In this document: positions 9,073 to 18,900 of the stretch, piece by piece
How positions within the stretch are numbered: the stretch's first letter is position 1
Layout: every line of letters starts with the position of its first letter
Origin: Planctopirus limnophila DSM 3776
GTDB lineage: Bacteria > Planctomycetota > Planctomycetia > Planctomycetales > Planctomycetaceae
DNA: 32,000 nt
Direction: 5' to 3'
Assembly (NCBI RefSeq): GCF_000092105.1
Contig: NC_014148.1
Span: forward strand, 240,001-272,000
Position numbers and translations under genes: made by a program
The notes under the pieces: generated by a model
The model's database searches: none
Told to the model about the DNA's origin: nothing
The model's input: the letters and a program-made list of their open reading frames with translations, nothing else

Positions 9073-9936
9073 ATGCAGGTCGTGATTACTGCTGTTGGCC
9101 CGGATAATGTCGGCTTAGCCGATCCCATCGTGCATTACGTCACGGGGGCGGGGGCGAACATTCATGAGATCCAGATGTTCGACCACGATGCCGAGAAGCA
9201 GTTCTCGATGCACCTGCGGATTGAATGGCCGGGTGTCCCCTCCTCAGTGGCTCAACTTCGATCGGCGATGGATCAGATCGGGGCATTGAAGTCGTTAGCC
9301 ATTCGTGTCTGGAGCCGGGATGAGCATGCCCGCCTGCCGCGACTGGCCATCTGCACGACGTATCGGCCTGAACCGGCTTTGGCCATTCTGCGTGCTATTC
9401 GCGATGGCAGGTTGAAGGCCGAAGCAGCCATCATGCTGGGAAACCGCGAGGCTTGCCGGGGCGTGGCGGAACAGTTCGAAGTTCCGTTTGTGAACATCGG
9501 TAATGCCAAAGGCGAACCGGACGACAGCCAGTTTGTGCGTGTGCTCGATGATGCGGATGTCGATTATGTGCTCCTGGCCCGTTACATGCGGGTGTTGCCG
9601 CCGAATGTCTGCTGGCAGTTTGCCGGGCGGATAATCAATCTTCATCATGGACTGCTACCTCCCTTTCCGGGGTTTCATCCGTACGAAGATGCCTATGCAC
9701 GGCGGATGCTGACCTTTGGTGCGACAGTCCACTTTATTGTTCCTGAGCTCGATGCCGGGAATCAGATCATTCACCAGAGCACGTTCACCGTGCCCCCGGG
9801 AACACCGCTGGCCGATATCAAGCGGCAAGGCGAAACCGATCATGAGCCACAATGCCTGCTCGAAGGCGTGCGGCGGGTGGTTGATCGTGAAGTGGAGTTG
9901 CATTTCCAGAGAGTCATTCGCCGGAAGGCAGATTGA
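9073..9936 (+). CDS. purU: formyltetrahydrofolate deformylase
   Basis: The N-terminal region is ACT-like (MQVVITAVGPDNVGLADPIVHYV). The formyltransferase core follows (INLHHGLLPPFPGFHPYEDAY, GATVHFIVPELDAGNQIIHQ). At 287 aa the length is typical of PurU. Confidence 0.9.
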   Translation: MQVVITAVGPDNVGLADPIVHYVTGAGANIHEIQMFDHDAEKQFSMHLRIEWPGVPSSVAQLRSAMDQIGALKSLAIRVWSRDEHARLPRLAICTTYRPEPALAILRAIRDGRLKAEAAIMLGNREACRGVAEQFEVPFVNIGNAKGEPDDSQFVRVLDDADVDYVLLARYMRVLPPNVCWQFAGRIINLHHGLLPPFPGFHPYEDAYARRMLTFGATVHFIVPELDAGNQIIHQSTFTVPPGTPLADIKRQGETDHEPQCLLEGVRRVVDREVELHFQRVIRRKAD

Positions 9937-9979
9937 CCAGCGACATCCACAAGGCTTGCTTGGGAAATTGCACAAGTTC

Positions 9980-11875
9980 CTAACGCTCGATCCAGACGGG
10001 GTATTGTAAATACTTCTGATCGAAGTAAGGGCTCTTTTCGTAGAACCACTGCAGGCGGGCTGTCGCATCTTTGGCAAAGGCGGGATCACTGGCAAGGCGC
10101 GCCTCGAACTCGGCTTTCAGTGCCGAGTTTTCCTTCAGAAGCTTTTCAGCGAGCGGAGCAATGGCATAACCTTCGATGTACTCCGTTCGCTGCAGAATCT
10201 CATTGAAGAATCCCCAAGCGGCTAAAGAATCGATGTGTGCAGGCTCGAGCAGTGCGATGGCGAGATTGCCGAGAGGCTGATCAGTACTGATCTTCAAGGT
10301 GCCTGCAGGAAGAACACGCTTTTGAGACTCAATTTTGACTTGAGTGGTCATTGTCTGGCGACCTTCATTGGGCCTGGGGGCGACGACCGGATTCACCAGA
10401 CGATAAGATTCCAGTTCGAGCGTGACTGATTCCTGAAGTGGTTCCATGATAATCCCGTGCGATTTGATGACCTCAATCACTTCTCGGGATGTGATCGGGA
10501 TGTAATAAGCCGAGGGAGGACGGATTTGTACTCCGGGCTTAGTGACGCGATGCACTTTGAGTTGCGGAATGGTGATCGGTTTTCCCAGCCAGCGAACTTC
10601 GTTTTTCCCGGAAGCGGGTGAAAAGTACTCTTCGTAAGCTATGCCCAGAAACTCCATGGTGAACTGCGTATCGGCAGGTTCACTCCAGTTCATGCCGATC
10701 AACTCAGGTCGATAAGCACGATCCTGCTTCATCGCTGATTGAAGCGAAGCGGCATTCTTTCCGGCCACCTTCAGCGAAGATTCCAGAAGAATGTAAGTGC
10801 CAAGTACACGCTGACGGAAAGGTTTCAGTGAATGGTTTTCGACAAGGATGGTCGGGAGATGGATCAAGTCACCGTAGCCAGTCGAGAACCGGGGATTGTA
10901 AGGGACATCGACAATTCCTTTGTTGAGATCGCTTTTATCGAGAGCAAAAACCAGAGGCCCCGGGATATGGCCAGCCGCCTGCAAACTTTGATCGAGGCCC
11001 GGGCGATAGATCTGATCGAGCCATTTCGCAATCTGCGGCGACCAGGCGAATGATTCGCGATAGCCATGAAATCCGTAGGTGATGTCGTACTGGTAATCCA
11101 CACCATCCGTGACGTGTATATCGAGGTAGAGCGCAGGTTTGGAAACGGTGATGAGCCTCAGGAGAGCCTGCATTTCGGGGGCCTGGGCCTTCATGTAGTC
11201 TCGATTGAGATTCAGGTTTTGTGCGGTGGTGCGCCAGCCTTGGTGAAGTGGGCCGCGCTGGTTCGGGCGATTCCAGCGGGATGTTCGTTCGTGACCATCG
11301 GCATTGAGTATCGGGATGAAGAGCAGATTTGCGTGATCGAGCAGATGAGCTTTGCCTCGAAGAGCGATATCGCGAAGCAGCATCATACCCGCATCTTTCC
11401 CATCGATTTCACCGGCGTGAATGCCGGCCTGCGCCAGGACAGTCGGCTTGGGACTCTGGCCAAGTTGTTCAAGATTGTCGATCCCTTCTCGGGTCGCGAT
11501 GACCGCCCGGAGTTCGCGTCCTTCTGCCGTTAAACCAAACGGAACCAGCTTGATCATCGGGGAAGCTTTGGCGAGGTTTTCCAGCCATTGCATGGTGACC
11601 TGATAGCCGGGTGTTTCAACAAATCCAGAAGCTTCGGTGGGAGTGATCCACGCCTCGTCGGTTGCCACAATGAGTTTTTCGCTGGCACCGCTCCAGGGGA
11701 GAACTGGTGGCAGGTCGGCAGTCATTTCGTCACTGCCCAACACTGTCAATGGTTGGAGAATCAACAATCCCCATAGCCACGAAAAAAGTAGAAATCGACC
11801 TGGCTGGCGAGGGAATGAAGGACTCAATGTCGATTTCAAGGGGAACTCGGCTTTCGCTGGAAGCTGGCTGTTCAA
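9980..11875 (-). CDS. secreted M14-family zinc carboxypeptidase
   Basis: The N-terminal signal is FLLFSWLWGLLILQPLTVLG. The M14 zinc-binding region is GIHAGEIDGKDAG, and the downstream NADGHER and NLNLNRDY motifs are present. Confidence 0.85.
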   Translation of the reverse strand: MNSQLPAKAEFPLKSTLSPSFPRQPGRFLLFSWLWGLLILQPLTVLGSDEMTADLPPVLPWSGASEKLIVATDEAWITPTEASGFVETPGYQVTMQWLENLAKASPMIKLVPFGLTAEGRELRAVIATREGIDNLEQLGQSPKPTVLAQAGIHAGEIDGKDAGMMLLRDIALRGKAHLLDHANLLFIPILNADGHERTSRWNRPNQRGPLHQGWRTTAQNLNLNRDYMKAQAPEMQALLRLITVSKPALYLDIHVTDGVDYQYDITYGFHGYRESFAWSPQIAKWLDQIYRPGLDQSLQAAGHIPGPLVFALDKSDLNKGIVDVPYNPRFSTGYGDLIHLPTILVENHSLKPFRQRVLGTYILLESSLKVAGKNAASLQSAMKQDRAYRPELIGMNWSEPADTQFTMEFLGIAYEEYFSPASGKNEVRWLGKPITIPQLKVHRVTKPGVQIRPPSAYYIPITSREVIEVIKSHGIIMEPLQESVTLELESYRLVNPVVAPRPNEGRQTMTTQVKIESQKRVLPAGTLKISTDQPLGNLAIALLEPAHIDSLAAWGFFNEILQRTEYIEGYAIAPLAEKLLKENSALKAEFEARLASDPAFAKDATARLQWFYEKSPYFDQKYLQYPVWIER

Positions 11876-11935
11876 TGGACTTTGCCTCGTTCGTCGTGAC
11901 GATGTTGCTCGAACGTTTGTCCTCAGGGTTCTGCA

Positions 11936-12241
11936 TCAGTTCATGACAGAGATGTCAAAATTGTTAGCCCGCAGAGTTTTGGCATCGACTGTGTAAATCC
12001 CTTCGCGGCCGCAGAGTGCCTCCCAAGTCTCGGGGGGACTGCTGAAATAAAGAAAGTATCTGGCAGCGACACCGTCAGATTCTTCGACCTCATGAATGGG
12101 CTCACTTTGCGACTGCTGCAGATAGTCAATCAGATCATCAAGGGGATACTCGTAAGAGTCTTGGATGGAATCGTAAGCATTTTGCAATTGATTCGCCAAA
12201 TTCCCGACTTCCTCAGCTGTTAACTCGCGTGTGGTTTCCAT
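11936..12241 (-). CDS. small acidic hypothetical protein (~101 aa)
   Basis: I prefer the ATG at 12241 (METTRELTAEEV), which has AAAGGG upstream. The longer form from 12322 adds an Arg/Ser-rich tail that looks non-coding. I recognise no family. Confidence 0.5.
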   Translation of the reverse strand: METTRELTAEEVGNLANQLQNAYDSIQDSYEYPLDDLIDYLQQSQSEPIHEVEESDGVAARYFLYFSSPPETWEALCGREGIYTVDAKTLRANNFDISVMN

Positions 12242-12418
12242 GAGATGCCCTTTGTCTATGGAGTGCTCTGTTCTCTGGAGTGAGGAGACTCGACTTCTGG
12301 CCCGGCTTCTGACGCGGCTCATTGGCCGGGTCGATTGGGCAGCGAGAAAGTTCGCTTGAGATTACAATCTCAGGCTCTGGGATGATACATGTGATAATGG
12401 CTGATCAAGGGAAAGAGT

Positions 12419-13309
12419 ATGGCTCACAGCTTTTTTGGATCGATCGAAAAGGCAGCCGCCGAGCGACTGATTCTGTGGGCCTTTCAGGAAGATCTTGGCG
12501 AGCGAGGGGATTTGACCTGTCAGGGGATGATCGACCCGACTTTGGTTGCCACAGTGAAAATCGTCTCACGTCAGCCGGGAATTCTGGCAGGCCTGCCAAT
12601 TGCCCAGATGATCTATCAACAGATGGATGCATCGATCCAGTGGGAGGCATTCGCTGTCGATGGTGATGAACTGACGGCTGGCCAGGTGGTGGCTGAAGTG
12701 ACAGGCCCCGTCTCGACATTATTGACCGGCGAGCGAACCGTCCTGAATTTCGTGACACATTTGAGCGGTATTGCTACGCTCACACATCAGTTTGTGGAGT
12801 TGGCCCAGGGGACAAAGGCAAAAATCCTGGACACTCGCAAGACATTGCCCGGGTATCGCAGTTTAGCGAAATATGCCGTGCGTTGTGGGGGTGGGCACAA
12901 CCACCGCATGGGGCTTTATGATGGCATTCTGATTAAAGACAACCATCTTGCGGCCTGGAAATCGAGCGGCTCTATTGCAGAAGCCATTGAGCATGTGCGG
13001 GCTCAAATGGGAGCAAACATCGATATCGAGGTGGAAGTCGATACGTTGGAGCAAATGGTCGATGCCATGCGGGCGAAGCCGCAGATCATTCTGCTGGACA
13101 ATATGACCACTCGCGAATTGACCGAGGCGGTAGCGTATCGCGACCAGCATGCTGCCGAAATCCTGCTGGAAGCTTCGGGAGGTGTGAACCTGACGACAGT
13201 GGCGGCCATTGCTGCCACAGGCGTGGATCGCATCAGCATTGGTGCATTGACCCATAGTGCCCCACAGCTGGATCTGGCTCTTGACTGGGGTGCGGCACTG
13301 AAGAAATAG
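12419..13309 (+). CDS. nadC: nicotinate-nucleotide pyrophosphorylase (carboxylating)
   Basis: QPRTase motifs are present: GERTVLNFVTHLSGIAT, LDTRKTLPGYRSLAKYAVRCGGGHNHRMGLYDGILIKDNH and ILLDNM. GGGAAAGAG precedes the ATG. Confidence 0.92.
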   Translation: MAHSFFGSIEKAAAERLILWAFQEDLGERGDLTCQGMIDPTLVATVKIVSRQPGILAGLPIAQMIYQQMDASIQWEAFAVDGDELTAGQVVAEVTGPVSTLLTGERTVLNFVTHLSGIATLTHQFVELAQGTKAKILDTRKTLPGYRSLAKYAVRCGGGHNHRMGLYDGILIKDNHLAAWKSSGSIAEAIEHVRAQMGANIDIEVEVDTLEQMVDAMRAKPQIILLDNMTTRELTEAVAYRDQHAAEILLEASGGVNLTTVAAIAATGVDRISIGALTHSAPQLDLALDWGAALKK

Positions 13310-13325
13310 CGATCCGCTAATCAGT

Positions 13326-15116
13326 TCACGGCTCAATAGAGACTCTTCGCTGGAGTACGATCCATGGGTCTTTGTAACGAACGAGCCGACTTGTGAGCGC
13401 GAAGGCCAGGATCGATCCTGTCATCGGGATCATCACCAGCATGAGTCGATCGAACGTCGATCCATGCAAAACAAAGTACTGGCTGGCCACCCAGAGTAAA
13501 CTCTGGCAAACCAGAGCCATGGCTCCATTACAGAACGCGATTTTCATAAACAAAACCGCCAGCGATGAACCGGGATTCCCATCGGTGGGGGAGTTGATGA
13601 CAGGAATTTTCTGATAGAGACGACGGTAGTTCCAGAGAACCTGCATGATGGCGGAGACTGTTGTTCCCCAGGCCAGCCCCGAGGTTCCCAGCCACCACAA
13701 CGAGCAGAGTCCTGTCAGCATCCCGGTGGCTGTGCCGATGAATGCGATATTCAAAGGCGTCCAGCGATCATCCAGTGCGTAAAAAGCCCGCTGGGCAATC
13801 ACCAGCCCGCACATGGCCCAGATCCCGAGGCTATAAGTCTGAATCACGCGGGCAGTCTGTTCAATGGCCGGCCAATTAAAGGCGCCTCGACCAAAGAGCA
13901 GATCTGTAACTGGCAGAGCCAGAGAAAATAACCCCACACTGGCAGGGACACCGATCGCTAAGACCAGCCTTGCTGCCAGAGAGATCGAACTGCGAAACGC
14001 CTGCCAATCGTGTGCCTGTGCATGACGAGAGAGTAATGGATAGAGCACTGTTCCCAGAGCAACGCCGAAGATTCCCAAAGGAAACTGGTAGAGCCTTTGT
14101 CCCAGATACAGAAATGTCGCCGCTCCGGAAGGCAGGGGTGCCTCGATCCCTCCGAGCCAGGCAACACCTTGTCCGCTCGATGTTCCATCGGCCGACAGGA
14201 GCCAGCTGATGGCGCTTTCCCAGACGGCACTGAACTGCAGCACGAGCAATGCTCCCAGAATCGGACCCATCCGGCTGATCGTGGCCAAGATTTTTGATCG
14301 AGCCTGCCACCAGTCGGACTGATAACGGAACCCGACCTGCCAGAGGGAGGGAACCAAGGCCAGACATTGAATGAACCCCAGCACCACAATCAGCAGCGCC
14401 AGGATCTGGATTTGAATCTGTGGAGATTCGATGAGCCAGGCCACAAGTGCCAGAGCCAGGAGCCAACCCAGGTTAAGAACCACCGGGATCAGTGCTGCGG
14501 CCATAAACCGATGAAAGGCATGCAGGATGGTCGAAAGCTGAGCAGCGGCACAGACAAAAACGACATAAGGCAAGAGATAAATGGTCAGCCAGCAGAGTAA
14601 CTGGTTATCGGGATTGGAAAGCCAGGGAAGGACACCCAGCAGAAGTATCAACTGAGTGAAAAGTACGGCCAGACTCAAACCACCAAACAGTAAGATGCAC
14701 AGCGCCGTCGCTAAGCGGAAAGCCGATCGCTGCCCCTCCTCGCGCTCGACCTCTAACAATTGCGGCAAAAAAGCCGTGGCCAGAACGCCTTCGCCTAAGA
14801 GCACTCGTGCCAGATTTGGTAATCGAAAGGCTATTGTAAACGCATCGAGAAGTGGCCCGCTGCCAAAGAGTGCCGCCATGGCTGCATCACGAATCAAGCC
14901 AAAGATCCGGCTCAAGAGTGTGCAAAGACTGACAAGACGCCAACTCCCCATGGACTCCTGAGCTCCCTGAACCCGATGAGCAGAAATCGTCTGGGTGTCG
15001 AGGTTTGTTTCCGCAGCCAACTCATTCACACGAACGTTCGAGGCTGATGGCGTCTGCGGAGTATTCCGGGCAGATGAACTTTCAGAAGCTGACCCGGATG
15101 AAGAAGCAGACATCAA
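13326..15116 (-). CDS. murJ: lipid II flippase MurJ/MviN
   Basis: The MurJ N-terminal signature LSRIFGLIRDAAMAALFGSGPLLDAFTIAFRLPNLARVLLGEG is followed by about 14 TM helices. The start is ambiguous. ATG 15113 or TTG 15116 adds a 55-aa Ser-rich extension. ATG 14951 (MGSWRLVSL, with AGGAG upstream) gives a canonical ~541-aa protein. Confidence 0.9.
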   Translation of the reverse strand: MMSASSSGSASESSSARNTPQTPSASNVRVNELAAETNLDTQTISAHRVQGAQESMGSWRLVSLCTLLSRIFGLIRDAAMAALFGSGPLLDAFTIAFRLPNLARVLLGEGVLATAFLPQLLEVEREEGQRSAFRLATALCILLFGGLSLAVLFTQLILLLGVLPWLSNPDNQLLCWLTIYLLPYVVFVCAAAQLSTILHAFHRFMAAALIPVVLNLGWLLALALVAWLIESPQIQIQILALLIVVLGFIQCLALVPSLWQVGFRYQSDWWQARSKILATISRMGPILGALLVLQFSAVWESAISWLLSADGTSSGQGVAWLGGIEAPLPSGAATFLYLGQRLYQFPLGIFGVALGTVLYPLLSRHAQAHDWQAFRSSISLAARLVLAIGVPASVGLFSLALPVTDLLFGRGAFNWPAIEQTARVIQTYSLGIWAMCGLVIAQRAFYALDDRWTPLNIAFIGTATGMLTGLCSLWWLGTSGLAWGTTVSAIMQVLWNYRRLYQKIPVINSPTDGNPGSSLAVLFMKIAFCNGAMALVCQSLLWVASQYFVLHGSTFDRLMLVMIPMTGSILAFALTSRLVRYKDPWIVLQRRVSIEP

Positions 15117-15128
15117 ACTTATGACCAG

Positions 15129-15150
15129 AAAAAAGACCTCGCGGCAGGTC
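15129..15150 (-). terminator. weak intrinsic-terminator-like hairpin after the nDsbD-like gene
   Basis: The minus strand reads gacctgccgcgaggtc (5-bp stem, 6-nt loop) followed by tttttt. It lies between the 15280 stop and the murJ start region. The stem is short, so confidence is low. Confidence 0.35.
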
Positions 15151-15279
15151 AGTGTGGCGTTAGATCGTTGAGAAATTCAAAGGGATTGCTTGCAGACTCA
15201 CAACGTGAGGGGCGTCAAGAGCGTTTGAAATTGACCGTTTGACCATGCTCGCGTGTTTAGAAGAGAAATGCCGCAGAAG

Positions 15280-15915
15280 CTATTCGACCTGCTCGTCTTC
15301 ACGGGGAGTGAACAGCTTGGGATTGACGGGACGAACCGCAGCTCCTGCCAGAGCAATTTTGGGTGCGGCTTTCAGTTTGACGGTTTTTGGGGCAATGCAG
15401 ATTTTGTCGTTACAGGTCTGATAGCGAATTTGAATTTCCAGATCATCAACTTCGCCTCCTGCATCACAGGGAACTTCCAGAACTCCTCGCACGGCAAATC
15501 GTCCGGAATGACACATCGCTGGCTCTGGAGAAAAATCGACACGGGTCTCTTCTCCTTCCGGGTAATCGATGGGCAACATCCGTAAACCGGCTTTGGATTT
15601 AAAGGTCACTTTGATGGGAATCAGATTTTCGGGCTGAGGAGGATTGGCATTCACATGCCAGCCTTCCTGGACATCAAAAATGACGGCAAAGCGGCAGGTA
15701 CGGCCTGCAGGCAACTGGTCGTACTCCAGATACACATCGGCCCGCACAATGTTCTCTATAGAGCCCTTGCGTGAACCAGAATCGGCTTGTGCATGCACTG
15801 TTTGCGATCCTGCGAAGGCCCAGAAGCTCAAAGCCATGACGCTCGCAAAAAGGCCGCCCATCAACAGGGGGCCATACTCTACGACACTCGGTGTATTCAA
15901 AAAACGTTTGAACAT
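15280..15915 (-). CDS. secreted protein with DsbD N-terminal (nDsbD / DsbC-corrector-like) domain
   Basis: The signal peptide is LLMGGLFASVMALSFWAFAGSQTVHA. GWHVNANPP and the paired-Cys motif YQTCNDKICIAPKTVKL are typical of the thiol:disulfide interchange DsbD alpha domain. Confidence 0.75.
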   Translation of the reverse strand: MFKRFLNTPSVVEYGPLLMGGLFASVMALSFWAFAGSQTVHAQADSGSRKGSIENIVRADVYLEYDQLPAGRTCRFAVIFDVQEGWHVNANPPQPENLIPIKVTFKSKAGLRMLPIDYPEGEETRVDFSPEPAMCHSGRFAVRGVLEVPCDAGGEVDDLEIQIRYQTCNDKICIAPKTVKLKAAPKIALAGAAVRPVNPKLFTPREDEQVE

Positions 15916-15993
15916 GATTCGTCACTCACTTGGCATTCCTGCGGAACCTGGAAGGCCCGAGCAGATTCTGGTGGGGCAGGAGCACATCAACTT

Positions 15994-18900
15994 CTAATTG
16001 GCCAGTCGATACTTCTTCAACTTGCTGAAATATGTACTTCGTGGCAAGCCCAACATTCGAGCCGCCTCGGCCTTATTCCCCTGGCACTGTTCGAGGGCCT
16101 TTATCAGTAACTGTCGTTCTTCCGATTCGGTCATGTCACTGGCAAAACGTCCAGTTTCGTTCGATGCAGTTTCCCAGACGCTTTCGTTCACAGAAAGTGA
16201 CTGGGGAAGTGGTTTGCGGCCCCGCCCTTTCGAACGACTTGCGGAACTCTTCTCATGACCGGTCGTCGCACGAGGTTTGGATTCGGTGCGATCTGTTATC
16301 GTTTTTGTGGAGTTGGTGAAAGATTTTCCTGAGGAAGAATCTGGTACAGAAACGGGCGATGAGTCCAATGGGGCCACATGGTGCATAGCCCCCCGCTCCT
16401 CGGATGCAGCGACAACTTCTGTACCGCTGACACTTTCGACCACCAGAGGTTGCATGGCGCTCTCCATGCGGCGAATCGCGGATGTTTCCAGACGACGGAG
16501 TGCCGGAGGTAAATCCGCCAGAGTGACCGTGTTCGACTCCGAAAGAACGACAGCCCGTTCAATCACGTTCTCAAGCTCGCGAATGTTGCCTGGCCATTGG
16601 TAGGCCAGCAAGGCTGCGAGTGCACTTTCGTCGATGCGAAAGACGCGCTTCCCCGTCTTGTTGGCGGCTTGTTTGAGAAAATGCCGGAAGAGTTCGTACA
16701 GATCGTCTTTGCGTTCGCGCAGGGCAGGCAAGGCAATATGGACGACATTCAAGCGATAATATAAATCCTCCCGGAAGCGGCTGTCTCGAATCGCCTGTTC
16801 AAGATTTTTGTGGGTTGCTGCTACTACACGAACATCACAGCGTAAGGTCTCACTGCTCCCCACTCGTTCAAAGGTTCGCTGCTGCAAAACGCGAAGCAAT
16901 TTGACCTGCGTTTCGAGAGGGATTTCCCCAATTTCATCCAGGAAGAGTGTGCCTCCATTGGCCAGTTCAAATCGACCGGGCTTATCCGCATAAGCGCCAG
17001 TAAATGAGCCTTTCACATGGCCAAACAATTCACTCTCTAAAAGTCCTGTCGAAAGTGCAGCGCAATGGACAATGACCAGAGGTCCATCGCGACGCGGACT
17101 GTTGGCATGGATCGCCTGTGCCAATAGTTCTTTGCCAGTGCCACTCTCACCAGTAATCAGGACTGAAGAATCGCTGGCAGCGGCTTTGCGAACGACTTCC
17201 AGCACTTCCATCAGTGCCTGGCTGGAACCGCGAATCATGCCGCGATTAAACTCAGTGACTGGTGCCGGGCTTTCTGGTTCCTGAGATTCGTTGATTTCGG
17301 CCTGCAACATAAGGATCTGCTGCTTCTGCTGTTCGATTCGATCAACCTTCAAACGAAGCTCTTCGTTGAGTCGACTGAGATCTTTATGCACCTTGGCACA
17401 ATGGAGTGCCACGCCGGTGATCTGCCCCATCGCGGTCAGAAATGTGATATCTTCTGCGGAGTAGACGCCATTGGTTTGCCGCGGCCCCAGCACCACGAAG
17501 CCCGAAAGTTCTCCTTCAACTTCGAGGGCATGAATCAGTTCGGCCTGGAGATCTCGCAAAAACGACTGCACCGGATTCATACTGTCGCGTGAAGCCGCCG
17601 GGACAGCCTGGAGTGTGGTCGCTGCCGCCAATGTCATCACAAAATCAGCCGATGTCGAAATCTGCATTGAGACGTTGGGCCACACGCCTTCGGCGGCAAT
17701 CAAACGGAAGTTTGTGCTGCGGCCTTCCCGCAGATAGATCGCAGCGCGTTCGGCCTGTATCACATCCTGACAAGAACCTGCCATGCGCTGTGCTAACGAT
17801 TCGGCATCCGCCAGTTGTCCGACGGCTCGATTCATCCGTTGCAGCACTTTATCGAGCTGATACTTCTCGCGGAAAAATCTTCGATCAACCAGCCTTTGCC
17901 AGACATCCCGTGCCCAGAGAAACATGCCGACAGTCACGACGAGAATTGCCGCGACGACCACAAGTTGAGGGGACGTTAACTGCTCTCGCCAGGAGACTGC
18001 TGCCACAGCCGTCATCGCAATGGCAATTGAGACCACCAGAGTGGTGCCAAAGCTCAAGACATAATAGAGCATCCCACGACTGACGACCTGATCAACCAGC
18101 ATCAGTTTGAAACGACTGATGCCAACGGCATACGCCAGCATGAAAACCAGACTGGCAAAGAACATTGGCCAGCGGCCGCCACCCAGGGCAAAATCCGCCC
18201 GCGAGACACCCGCCAGCAGCAGTGTGTAGCCAATCAAAAGTGTCGCAATCAGACCGGCCCAGAGAATCCATTTGACCTGATTTCGTTCAACCGGATTGCG
18301 CGTTGTCCAGAAACCGTGCACCAACGCAGCAATAATCCCGGCGAAGTAAAACGCAGCAATCGAAACATAGATGTAGACCCCGTTTTTCAGGGCCACGAGC
18401 CAGCCAAACATCTGTAAGGCACGGGCTTCCACAGAAATTCCCGTGGTCGCCATCAACCACCAGATCGACCATTCGGCCAGCAGAAACAGCACCAGAGCTG
18501 CGATGGGGATCGCATAGATGCCGACCAGCGTCTCAAACGAATAGCGGTCAATGGGTGGTTTCGGTCGTGGATATATCAGGAAGAAGTGAAACGTCACCAC
18601 AGGCACCATGATGGCTGTGATCGCAAATGGCAGATTGAGCCAGGGGTTTCCTGCAATCACCCACCAGTGAAAACCGCCCACGAATGCAGAGATCGTGACC
18701 AGACACATGGAGAAAAAGAGTTGAGCGGGGTGGTCAAAAGGACGCCGCCAGAAGGCGATGGCGCTCACAGAAAAAATCGCGAGCTGGAAGAGAAACCAGA
18801 CGAGAGTGAGCCCAATCTCATCCAGCGGGACACCCTGAACAGCCAGTGAGGCAACGTAGACTTTGTCATCTTCAGGGCGATAAAACTCGATTTCGACCCA

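Noticed and set aside
13876-14466. 196-aa and 143-aa alternative-frame ORFs (same strand) and several 66-101-aa + strand antisense ORFs overlapping murJ
   Set aside because: They lie out of frame or antisense within a gene that has a clear MurJ signature and continuous TM-helix pattern. Their translations are Arg/Gly/Ser-rich nonsense.
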